DNA from: Fidelibacterota bacterium
Lineage (GTDB): Bacteria; Fidelibacterota; Marinisomatia; Marinisomatales; Marinisomataceae
Length of the DNA stretch: 64,000 bases
Assembly (NCBI GenBank): GCA_045560235.1
Contig: JBJKZP010000002.1
Span: forward strand, 18,332-82,331
Direction: 5' to 3'
Shown: in pieces, positions 10,338-19,009 of the stretch
How positions within the stretch are numbered: the stretch's first letter is position 1
Layout of the letters: each line of letters opens with the position of its first letter
Translations under genes and position numbers: made by a program
The notes under the pieces: model-generated
Database searches by the model: none
Seen by the model: the letters and a program-made list of their open reading frames with translations, nothing else
Told to the model about the DNA's origin: nothing

Positions 10338-10715
10338 ATGAATCATCCAGAGAATTTAAAATATACATCTGAACATGAATGGGTAAAAATTGATGGGAAT
10401 ATAGCAACTATTGGTATAACAGATTTTGCTCAAAGCGAGCTTGGAGATATTATATTTTTAGAGTTTCCAGAAACAAATGAATCTTTTAGTGAGGGCGATG
10501 TTTTTGGAACTATTGAAGCAGTAAAAACAGTATCAGATTTATTTATGCCTATTGATGGAAAAATTATTGAAGTAAACGAAAATCTAAATGATGAACCTGA
10601 AAGTGTGAATACCAATCCTTATGAGCAAGGATGGATGGTAAAAATTGAATTGTCTGACAACTATTCATCTGATTCTTTGCTAGACTCAAAATCTTACATC
10701 GAATTAATTGGTTAA
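10338..10715 (+). CDS. gcvH: Glycine cleavage system H protein (lipoyl carrier)
   Basis: 125 aa. YTSEHEWV motif and lipoyl-lysine motif EAVKTVSD. Confidence 0.9.
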   Translation: MNHPENLKYTSEHEWVKIDGNIATIGITDFAQSELGDIIFLEFPETNESFSEGDVFGTIEAVKTVSDLFMPIDGKIIEVNENLNDEPESVNTNPYEQGWMVKIELSDNYSSDSLLDSKSYIELIG

Positions 10716-10717
10716 AT

Positions 10718-11626
10718 ATGCTTAAAAACTTAGAGCATTATGTTCAAGTTTTAAAGATTGAAAAAAATCATTCATCAAATACTGTGAATTCGTATTTATC
10801 TGATATCAAATCTTTTGAAAAATTTTTAAAAAAAAGAAAAATATCTTTCAAAGAAATAATTAACAATTCAGAGGTAACAAAAAATTATTTTAGATATTTA
10901 AGTAGAAGTAAAATCTCTCCAAGATCTATTAAAAGAAAGTATTCATCGCTATCTTCATATTTTTCATATTTGATTGATAGAAAAGAAATTAAAAAAAATC
11001 CCTTAAATAGTATTTTTACACCAAAGCTTACTAAAAAACTACCTACTGTCTTATCATTAGATGAAATAAAGAGAATTTTTAAAGAGTCTGAAAATACAGA
11101 TAATGAATTATTAGGATTAAGGGATAGATGTATAATTGAATTATTGTATTCATGTGGTTTGCGTGTTAGTGAACTATGTGAATTGAAAATTAACAATATT
11201 CAATTTGATGCAAATCTTATCAGATTCTTTGGAAAGGGAAACAAAGAGAGAATTATTCCACTTACTTTTTATGCCAAAGAATGGCTGGAAAAATATCTTT
11301 ATCAGTCTCGACATATTCTTTTGTCTAGAAAGTCCTCAGAAAGTAAGTTTGTTTTTTTAAGTAATAATGGAAAGAAGTTAACACGCGCTGCCATTTGGCA
11401 ATCAATTAAAAAATATGTAAATGCTGCAGGAGTAACAAAGTCTGTTTCGCCTCATACTTTTAGACATTCTTTTGCAACACATCTAGTAGATGGAGGAGCA
11501 AACTTAATTGAAATTCAGAAATTGCTTGGTCATGCAGATATTTCTACGACAGAAATTTATGTTCATCTATCAAAAGAATTTATAGATACTGAATACATGA
11601 AAGCTTTTGATAAAAAAAAGAATTAA
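10718..11626 (+). CDS. xerD: Tyrosine site-specific recombinase, XerC/XerD type
   Basis: Catalytic motifs GLRVSEL, HTFRHSFATHL and LGHADISTTEIYVH. 302 aa, housekeeping context. Confidence 0.85.
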   Translation: MLKNLEHYVQVLKIEKNHSSNTVNSYLSDIKSFEKFLKKRKISFKEIINNSEVTKNYFRYLSRSKISPRSIKRKYSSLSSYFSYLIDRKEIKKNPLNSIFTPKLTKKLPTVLSLDEIKRIFKESENTDNELLGLRDRCIIELLYSCGLRVSELCELKINNIQFDANLIRFFGKGNKERIIPLTFYAKEWLEKYLYQSRHILLSRKSSESKFVFLSNNGKKLTRAAIWQSIKKYVNAAGVTKSVSPHTFRHSFATHLVDGGANLIEIQKLLGHADISTTEIYVHLSKEFIDTEYMKAFDKKKN

Positions 11627-11638
11627 CTATCTTTCAAC

Positions 11639-12259
11639 ATGGGAATAGCCAGTTTATCATTAGAACTTCAATTAATTTTAGTTCCAACTATACTCTTTGC
11701 TTTAACTTTTCACGAGTTTGCACATGCAAGAGTTGCTTATCTTTTAGGAGATTATACTTCTTACTATCAGAACAGAATGAACCTAAATCCGTTTAATCAT
11801 TTAGATCCTTTTGGTACATTTGCGTTATATTTTTTAGGATTCGGTTGGGCAAAGCCTGTCCCGGTAAACATACAGAATCTTCAAAATCCTAAAAAAGATA
11901 TGATGATGATTGCTATGGCGGGTCCAGCTTCTAATATGTTTTTAGCTCTTTTTGCATCTATATTTTACAGATTAAATTTCTATTTTCAATTTAGCGAAGA
12001 AGTAATTTTGCCTCTAGAGATATTCATTCAAATTAATATTGTTTTAGCAATCTTTAATTTATTGCCGTTGAACCCTTTAGATGGATCAAGAATTCTTCCA
12101 CTAATTGTAAAAAATCCTCGAGCCCTATACAATATTGAAGTATATGGCCCAAGGGTTTTGATTGGACTTATTATTTTAAACTTGGTAGGAATTCCGATAT
12201 TATCAACAATCATTCTAACGCCAGTTTCAATTATTTTTTATCTATTAACAGGTGCTTAA
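11639..12259 (+). CDS. Site-2 protease family (M50) membrane zinc metalloprotease
   Basis: HEFAHA (HExxH) within the first TM region, a polytopic membrane profile, and an NLLPLNPLDGSR motif. Confidence 0.75.
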   Translation: MGIASLSLELQLILVPTILFALTFHEFAHARVAYLLGDYTSYYQNRMNLNPFNHLDPFGTFALYFLGFGWAKPVPVNIQNLQNPKKDMMMIAMAGPASNMFLALFASIFYRLNFYFQFSEEVILPLEIFIQINIVLAIFNLLPLNPLDGSRILPLIVKNPRALYNIEVYGPRVLIGLIILNLVGIPILSTIILTPVSIIFYLLTGA

Positions 12260-13168
12260 TTGAAAAAAATATTTTCAATTTTTGGTCCTACTGGAATTGG
12301 AAAGTCAAGTTTATCAATCAAATTAGCCAAAAGAATTAACGGTGAAATAATTGGAGTTGATTCTAGACAGATTTATGACGGTATTTCAATCGGTACTGCA
12401 CAGCCTTCAAAAAAACAACTAAATGAAATTCCTCATCATTTAATTGGATTTAAGAAGCTAAACGAAACTATATCATCTGGTGAATATTTAGATCTTATAG
12501 ATTTAAAAATTGAAGATATTATTTCTAGAGGAAAGTCTCCAATACTTTGCGGTGGAACTGGGCTGTATTTCAAATCACTTATCGAAGGTATTTTTGAGGG
12601 TAGCCATACAAATATTAAAATAAGAAAAAAACTTGAATCAGATTACGATAATGATAAAATCAAACTTTATAATAAATTAAAAAAAATTGATCCTAAATAT
12701 TCTGAGAAAGTTCATATTAATAACAAAAAAAGACTAATTAGGGCGTTAGAAATTTTTGAAACTACAGGAATTCCCTTATCTAAAAACTTCAATTTATCAT
12801 CAAAGAAAAGTAAATATGTAGAAAATTATTTTTTTATTTATTTAAATACAGATAATAGTTTTTTACATCCAAGAATTGAAGAAAGATTGAATCAAATGAT
12901 TGATCAGGGAATGATTGAAGAAGTTAAGTCTATAATGAGCAAACAAATTGACATTAGCCATATAGATTATATTGGATTTAGAGAATTAAAAGAATATTTA
13001 GAAAAGAAAATTTCTATTGAAGAATCAAAAGAAAAAATATTTATTAGAACTCGTCAATATGCTAAAAGACAAAATAAATGGTTCAATTCTAATAAATATG
13101 ATTTATCGTTTGATATTGAAAAGATTACATCAAATGATATTGTTGATAAATTGATTCAAATAAACTAA
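12260..13168 (+). CDS. miaA: tRNA dimethylallyltransferase
   Basis: P-loop GPTGIGKSSLSIKLAK, then VDSRQIYDGISIGTAQP. It apparently starts at TTG directly after the upstream TAA. Confidence 0.9.
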   Translation: MKKIFSIFGPTGIGKSSLSIKLAKRINGEIIGVDSRQIYDGISIGTAQPSKKQLNEIPHHLIGFKKLNETISSGEYLDLIDLKIEDIISRGKSPILCGGTGLYFKSLIEGIFEGSHTNIKIRKKLESDYDNDKIKLYNKLKKIDPKYSEKVHINNKKRLIRALEIFETTGIPLSKNFNLSSKKSKYVENYFFIYLNTDNSFLHPRIEERLNQMIDQGMIEEVKSIMSKQIDISHIDYIGFRELKEYLEKKISIEESKEKIFIRTRQYAKRQNKWFNSNKYDLSFDIEKITSNDIVDKLIQIN

Positions 13169-13192
13169 TTTTCGCAAACAATTGGAGAATTA

Positions 13193-14122
13193 ATGTTAAA
13201 AAGCAAACATCTTATCGGTTTAGAACATTTTCCAATTTCTGATTTGAATAAAATAATCGACACCTCTTTTAAGTTTAAAGAAATCTTAAATACAGAATCT
13301 AGAAAATCTATTCTTCTTAAAGGAAAGACAATTGTTAATATGTTTTTTGAAAATTCTACAAGAACAAAAATTAGCTTCTCATTAGCTGAAAAAAGACTAG
13401 GTGCTGATAGCATTAATTTTTCTGCATCTACAAGCAGTGTTAAAAAGGGAGAGACTTTAAAAGATACGGTTCAAAACATTGAATCAATGAAGATAGATGG
13501 TGCTGTTATGCGTCATAGCCATCCAGGCTCAGCTTTGAAATTAACTGAATACATTGATGGAGCAGTTATAAATGCAGGAGATGGATCTCACGAGCATCCA
13601 ACGCAAGCAATCTTAGATATGGTTACCCTTAAAGAGAAATTTGGAAAAATTAAAGGTTTAAAAATTGGTATTGTAGGCGATATTCTTAACAGTAGAGTAG
13701 CTAGAAGTGATATTTTTGCTCTAAAAAAACTTGGTGCAGAAATCGTTGTATGCGGACCAAGCACTTTATTGCCTGGAGATGCAAAAAAATTAGGCATAAA
13801 TATTACATATAATTTGAATGAGGTTCTAAGTTGGTGCGATGCAGTTATAGCTCTTAGAATCCAGTTAGAGAGAATGCATCTTGGAAGAATTCCTTCAAAA
13901 AGGGAATATCATAGCGAATTTGGTCTAACCTATGAAAAAATAAGTAAATTAAAAAAAGACATTGTCATTATGCATCCTGGCCCAATGAATAGGGGCGTAG
14001 AAATAGATAGTAAAGTTGCAGATTCTGATAATGCAGTTATTTTAGATCAAGTTCTTAATGGGGTTGCCTCAAGAATGTCAATTTTATATTTATTGCTTGG
14101 AGATGGAGATAGCAAATTATGA
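13193..14122 (+). CDS. pyrB: Aspartate carbamoyltransferase catalytic subunit
   Basis: ENSTRTKISF (STRT carbamoyl-phosphate motif), HPTQAILD and HPGPMNRG. Confidence 0.95.
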   Translation: MLKSKHLIGLEHFPISDLNKIIDTSFKFKEILNTESRKSILLKGKTIVNMFFENSTRTKISFSLAEKRLGADSINFSASTSSVKKGETLKDTVQNIESMKIDGAVMRHSHPGSALKLTEYIDGAVINAGDGSHEHPTQAILDMVTLKEKFGKIKGLKIGIVGDILNSRVARSDIFALKKLGAEIVVCGPSTLLPGDAKKLGINITYNLNEVLSWCDAVIALRIQLERMHLGRIPSKREYHSEFGLTYEKISKLKKDIVIMHPGPMNRGVEIDSKVADSDNAVILDQVLNGVASRMSILYLLLGDGDSKL

Positions 14123-15414
14123 TCAAGGGAATTAACGCAAGAAAACTGCTGTTGAAGTCTGGTAGAATTATAGATCCATTTTCTAAAAAAACTTTTAATG
14201 GCGATATTTTAATTGAAGGTGGAAAGATTTCAAAAATTTCAGACTCTATATCTTCAAAGGGAAAAGATTATAAAATTATAGATTGTAAAGGACTAGTGGT
14301 GACCCATGGCTTTTGTGACATGCATGTACATTTCAGAGAACCTGGAAGAGAAGATAAAGAGACTCTTGAGTCGGGTTCTTATGCTGCCCTAGCTGGAGGC
14401 TTTACGCAGGTTTGTACCATGGCAAATACTAATCCAGTTATAGATTCTCCAGAACATATTCATTACATCGTTAGCAAAAGTCAAAAATTACCCATAGATA
14501 TTTTTCCAATAGGAGCTGTTTCAAAAGGAATGAAAGGCGAAGAATTAACTGAGATGTTATTGATGCAAAAAAATGGAGCAATAGCTTTTAGTGACGATGG
14601 AGTTCCAATTCAGAATGCTCAATTTATGAAGTTAGCTTTGACATACTCAAAAATGCTGAATGTGCCAATCATGAATCATGCTGAGGATATTTTTTTAAGA
14701 AATGATGGAGTAATGAATGCTTCTTCAACTTCAAATAATTTAGGCTTAAAAGGCAATACCAGCCTTGGTGAAGCTGTGATGGTTTATAGAGACTTGTTAT
14801 TAGCAGAGTCATTAGACAGTAAATTGCATTTACTTCATATATCAACAAAAGAAGCTGTTGATCTACTAAAACAGTTTAAAAACAAAAAACACTTAATTAC
14901 AGCTGAAGTATCTCCTCATCATCTTTATTTCATTGATGAAGATATTGATTCATTTGATACAAACTTGAAAGTAGCTCCACCAGTCAGAAGTAAAAAAGAT
15001 AGAAAAGCTTTAATCGAAGGAATAAAGTCGGGATTGATTGATTGTATTGCAACCGACCATGCTCCTCATACTCTGGAGGATAAAGAGACAACTTTTAACG
15101 AAGCAGCATTTGGGATGATTGGCCTAGAATCATGTTTTGGGGTTATTAATAAAGTTCTAGTAAAAGAAAATGGAATGAGTCTCAAATCTTTAATTGAAAA
15201 AATTACTGTAAATCCTAGAAAAGTTATGAATTTAGAAACAAATTTATTTGCTCCAGGTTCAAAAGCTCAAATAACAATTTTTGATCCAAATGAAAAATGG
15301 AAATTTGAAAATAGCCATATTTTATCTAAATCTTCAAACTCTCCATTTGTTGGAAAAGATCTGGTTGGAAAAGTAAAATTTGTAATTTCTAAAAATCAAT
15401 TTTTTGCATTATAA
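14119..15414 (+). CDS. pyrC: Dihydroorotase
   Basis: DMHVHFREPG metal-binding motif and a DHAPH motif. ATGA overlap with pyrB. Confidence 0.9.
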   Translation: MIKGINARKLLLKSGRIIDPFSKKTFNGDILIEGGKISKISDSISSKGKDYKIIDCKGLVVTHGFCDMHVHFREPGREDKETLESGSYAALAGGFTQVCTMANTNPVIDSPEHIHYIVSKSQKLPIDIFPIGAVSKGMKGEELTEMLLMQKNGAIAFSDDGVPIQNAQFMKLALTYSKMLNVPIMNHAEDIFLRNDGVMNASSTSNNLGLKGNTSLGEAVMVYRDLLLAESLDSKLHLLHISTKEAVDLLKQFKNKKHLITAEVSPHHLYFIDEDIDSFDTNLKVAPPVRSKKDRKALIEGIKSGLIDCIATDHAPHTLEDKETTFNEAAFGMIGLESCFGVINKVLVKENGMSLKSLIEKITVNPRKVMNLETNLFAPGSKAQITIFDPNEKWKFENSHILSKSSNSPFVGKDLVGKVKFVISKNQFFAL

Positions 15415-15482
15415 ATTCTCTATCATTAATCATTGACTAATGCTAGCACATCAATTAAGTTCCAGAGCATTTTTATAGAATT

Positions 15483-15920
15483 ATGAAAAAGATAACAAAA
15501 ACTATATCAGCAAAAGATGTTAGCCAGCAGTGGTGGCTCTTTGACGCAACAGACCAGGTTTTAGGTAGATTTTCATCTGAGGTTGCTCAGGTCCTACGTG
15601 GAAAACATCGTCCTAACTATTCTCCTAACATTTATATGGGCGATGCTGTTATTATTATAAATGCTGAAAAAATAAGAGTTACTGGAAATAAATCTGAAAC
15701 TAAAAAATATTTTAGACATTCTGGCTATCCAGGTGGTGTAAAGTATTCTAGTTTTAGCGAACTTATGAAAAATGATTCTGAAAAAGTTTTACTCACTGCT
15801 GTTAAAGGTATGTTGCCAAAAAATAAGCTAGGTAGAGAAATCTCCAAACATATTAGAATTTATAAAGACAATAATCATGGTCATGATGCACAGCAACCAA
15901 AAGAATGGAGTTCTAAGTAA
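15483..15920 (+). CDS. rplM: 50S ribosomal protein L13
   Basis: WWLFDATDQVLGRFSSEVAQVLRGKHRP is typical of L13. Confidence 0.95.
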   Translation: MKKITKTISAKDVSQQWWLFDATDQVLGRFSSEVAQVLRGKHRPNYSPNIYMGDAVIIINAEKIRVTGNKSETKKYFRHSGYPGGVKYSSFSELMKNDSEKVLLTAVKGMLPKNKLGREISKHIRIYKDNNHGHDAQQPKEWSSK

Positions 15921-16318
15921 TGAAGAAAGAATTTTATAATGGCGTTGGAAGAAGAAAGAATTCAACTGCCAGAGTTTATCTTTCAGATGGAAAAGGAAGC
16001 TTTTCAATCAATAATGTTTCAGATGATATCAACAAATATTTAAAAAGAGAATCTTTAGTTATTCACGCCGTTAAACCTTTAGAGGTGCTTAATCTTAAAG
16101 GAAAATATGACATTAAGATTAATGTTAAAGGCGGAGGACTAACAGGTCAAGCAGGTGCAATCCAATTAGGAATTGCTAGAGCATTATTAAAAATTGATAA
16201 TGAATTTAGATCTCAGCTTAAGTCTCATGGTTTGTTAACAAGAGACGCTAGAGAAGTAGAAAGAAAAAAATATGGACAACCTGGAGCAAGAAAGAAGTTC
16301 CAATTTTCAAAAAGATAA
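15920..16318 (+). CDS. rpsI: 30S ribosomal protein S9
   Basis: GGGLTGQAGAIQLGIARAL, with the C-terminus ending in ARKKFQFSKR. Confidence 0.95.
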   Translation: MKKEFYNGVGRRKNSTARVYLSDGKGSFSINNVSDDINKYLKRESLVIHAVKPLEVLNLKGKYDIKINVKGGGLTGQAGAIQLGIARALLKIDNEFRSQLKSHGLLTRDAREVERKKYGQPGARKKFQFSKR

Positions 16319-16322
16319 TATT

Positions 16323-17063
16323 ATGCAAAAAATTACTAAAGAAGATTTACTCAGCTCAGGGGCGCATTTTGGTCATGTTAGTAGTAAAACAGATCCAAAC
16401 TTTAAAGATTTCGTAGTTTCACAGAAGAATGGTATAGATATCATCAATTTAGATGATACTCTTAGCAATTTAGATAAAGCTTTAAATTTTATTGCAAATA
16501 TTGTTCAAAGAAATGGCGAGATCCTCTTTGTTGGTACAAAAAAACATGCTAAAGATATTATACAGCAAGAAGCCGATAGATGTGGTATGTTTTATATTGT
16601 AGAAAGATGGCTGGGCGGAACATTGACTAATTTTTCAACGATTAAAAAAAGCATTAAAAGATTGCATTCCCTTGAAAAAGAAGGCTCTTCAATTTTTGAA
16701 GATTTGACAAAAAAAGAGCTTTTGCAACTAAGTAGAGAAAAAATAAAACTTTCTGACCAGCACAGAGGAATTAAAGATATGAAAAGACTTCCTAATGCTA
16801 TTGTTATTGTTGATGGTAAAACTGAATCTATTGCAATCCAGGAAGCTAAAAAACTTGAAATTCCAATCATTTGTATCGTTGATTCAAATACTGACCCAAC
16901 GCTTTGTGAGTATCCAATACCAGCAAATGATGACTCAATTAGAACTATTCAGCTTTTAATTAGTGAGATAGTTAATACAATTGTTTCATCTAGAAAAAAA
17001 GATGAAGATAAGGCAGAAAAAACTGTCAACAAAGATTCAAACGAAGAAAATAGCAAAGGGTAA
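16323..17063 (+). CDS. rpsB: 30S ribosomal protein S2
   Basis: The true start is MQKITKEDLLSSGAHFGH at 16323. The ORF-track start at 16272 overlaps rpsI. Confidence 0.95.
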   Translation: MQKITKEDLLSSGAHFGHVSSKTDPNFKDFVVSQKNGIDIINLDDTLSNLDKALNFIANIVQRNGEILFVGTKKHAKDIIQQEADRCGMFYIVERWLGGTLTNFSTIKKSIKRLHSLEKEGSSIFEDLTKKELLQLSREKIKLSDQHRGIKDMKRLPNAIVIVDGKTESIAIQEAKKLEIPIICIVDSNTDPTLCEYPIPANDDSIRTIQLLISEIVNTIVSSRKKDEDKAEKTVNKDSNEENSKG

Positions 17064-17067
17064 ATAC

Positions 17068-17670
17068 ATGAGCGTTGACGCTAAACTAGTTAAAACTTTA
17101 AGAGAAAGAACTGGAGCAGGAATGATGGACTGCAAAAAGGCGTTAATGGAAGTTAATGGAGACCTTGATTTAGCTGTAGATCAGTTGAGAAAATCTGGTA
17201 TAGCTAAAGCAGAAAAGAAATCCTCTAGAGCTGCTAATGAAGGTGTTGTTTTTTCATATATTCATCATGGTAATAAGTTAGGTGTATTAGTTGAAGTTGG
17301 ATGTGAAACTGATTTTGTAGCAAAAACTGAAGGTTTTAATGACTTAGCAAACAGTATTGCAATGCAAGTTGCTGCCTCTAATCCATTAGCTGTAGATGAA
17401 TCTGGAATTGCAAAAGAAATTTTGGATAGAGAGAAAGAAATTTTTATTGATCAGGCAAAATCTTCTGGTAAGCCTGAAAATGTTGTTGAAAAAATTGTTG
17501 AAGGAAAGTTGAATAAATTTGTGCAAGATAACTGTCTAATGCACCAATCTTTTGTTAAAAATCCTGATATGACTATTTCTCAGTTAGTACAAGAAGCAGT
17601 GGCCAAATTAGGAGAAAATATTACAATCAACAGATTTGTAAGATTTGCTCTTGGTGAACATTCAAGTTAA
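17068..17670 (+). CDS. tsf: Translation elongation factor Ts (short, about 200 aa form)
   Basis: Starts MSVDAKLVKTLRERTGAGMMDCKKAL (UBA-like N-terminal domain). The ORF-track start at 16981 overlaps rpsB. Confidence 0.9.
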   Translation: MSVDAKLVKTLRERTGAGMMDCKKALMEVNGDLDLAVDQLRKSGIAKAEKKSSRAANEGVVFSYIHHGNKLGVLVEVGCETDFVAKTEGFNDLANSIAMQVAASNPLAVDESGIAKEILDREKEIFIDQAKSSGKPENVVEKIVEGKLNKFVQDNCLMHQSFVKNPDMTISQLVQEAVAKLGENITINRFVRFALGEHSS

Positions 17671-18386
17671 TGTCTCAAAATAAAAGAAGAAGAGTATTGC
17701 TTAAATTAAGTGGAGAAATTCTTTCAGGAAGCCAACCTCAAGGAGTAGACCCTAAAATTGCTCAACAGCTTGCGAGAGAAGTTGCTAGACTAAAAGAACT
17801 CAATATTGACATTGGTATTGTTTTAGGTGCAGGTAATATTTTTAGAGGTAGAGATGCTTCTGAAAAGGGTATGGATAGGGTTACTGCAGATTACATAGGA
17901 ATGGTTGGAACAATAATAAACTCGGTAACACTCCAGGACTCTCTAGAACAATTTGGTTGTCAAACTCGCACATTATCTGGTATTGATATCCCAAAAATTG
18001 CTGAGCCATATATTAGAAGAAGAGCAATTAGACATTTAGATAAAGAGCGTATTGTTATAATAGCCGGCGGTACAGGTAATCCTTTTTTTAGCACTGATAG
18101 TGCAGCAGCTTTAAGAGCAGCTGAATTAAATTGCGACCTATTGATTAAAGGCACTAAGGTTGATGGAATATTTGATTCAGATCCTAATACTAATCCTGAT
18201 GCAAAAAAATTCAAATCATTAAGTTTTTCTCAAGTTCTTGAAAAAGAATTAGCAATAATGGACCTAACAGCAATAACTTTGTGTAAAGAGAATAAGATGC
18301 CTATACGTGTTTTAGACATTACTAAGGAAGATAATCTATTTAATTTCTTAGATGGAAATAGCGAAATAGGTACAAGTGTAGAGTAG
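17670..18386 (+). CDS. pyrH: UMP kinase
   Basis: RVLLKLSGE N-terminus, GAGNIFRG, and the amino-acid-kinase fold pattern. Confidence 0.95.
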   Translation: MSQNKRRRVLLKLSGEILSGSQPQGVDPKIAQQLAREVARLKELNIDIGIVLGAGNIFRGRDASEKGMDRVTADYIGMVGTIINSVTLQDSLEQFGCQTRTLSGIDIPKIAEPYIRRRAIRHLDKERIVIIAGGTGNPFFSTDSAAALRAAELNCDLLIKGTKVDGIFDSDPNTNPDAKKFKSLSFSQVLEKELAIMDLTAITLCKENKMPIRVLDITKEDNLFNFLDGNSEIGTSVE

Positions 18387-18387
18387 A

Positions 18388-18945
18388 ATGTTAATTCAAA
18401 GTTTAGATTCAGCAAAATCAAAAATGGAACAAACGATAAATTTTGTTTCAAGTGAATTGAATAAGATTAGAACAGGAAGAGCAAACCCTGAAATGTTCAA
18501 TAAAATTTTAGTAAAGTACTACGATAATGATACCCCTTTAAATCAAATTGCTAATATATCTACAATGGATGCTATTACAATAAGCATTCAACCTTTTGAT
18601 AAAACCTCTATTGATGATATTGAAAAAGCAATACTAGAATCTGATTTGGGTTTTAATCCGTCTAATAATGGTAATAGTATAATGATTACTTTTCCTCCCT
18701 TGTCTGTTGAAAGAAGGCAGGAACTGGTTAAGGTAGCATCCAAGATTATTGAAGACGGTAGAATTTCTGTCAGAAATATTCGTAGAGAAATGATTCAAGC
18801 AGCTAAAAGAGTTGAGGAAGAGCAAAAAATTCCAGAAGATGACATGAAAAAATTTATGGATGATATGCAAGAAGTCACGGACTCTTTTATAAAAAGACTG
18901 AATTCGGCTCAGCAAGAAAAAGAAGTCGAAATTTTAGATAAGTAA
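18388..18945 (+). CDS. frr: Ribosome recycling factor
   Basis: 185 aa. IRTGRANP motif and position after pyrH. Confidence 0.95.
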   Translation: MLIQSLDSAKSKMEQTINFVSSELNKIRTGRANPEMFNKILVKYYDNDTPLNQIANISTMDAITISIQPFDKTSIDDIEKAILESDLGFNPSNNGNSIMITFPPLSVERRQELVKVASKIIEDGRISVRNIRREMIQAAKRVEEEQKIPEDDMKKFMDDMQEVTDSFIKRLNSAQQEKEVEILDK

Positions 18946-19009
18946 ATTTACATAGATTGCTGAAAATATTGATACAAAAACTGCGATTAAAAATCACATA
19001 TATCTAATA

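Noticed and set aside
10718-11626. The tyrosine recombinase as a marker of an integrated mobile element.
   Set aside because: Its size and motifs match chromosomal XerC/XerD. It is flanked by gcvH and an M50 protease, with no att-like repeats, tRNA or cargo genes nearby.
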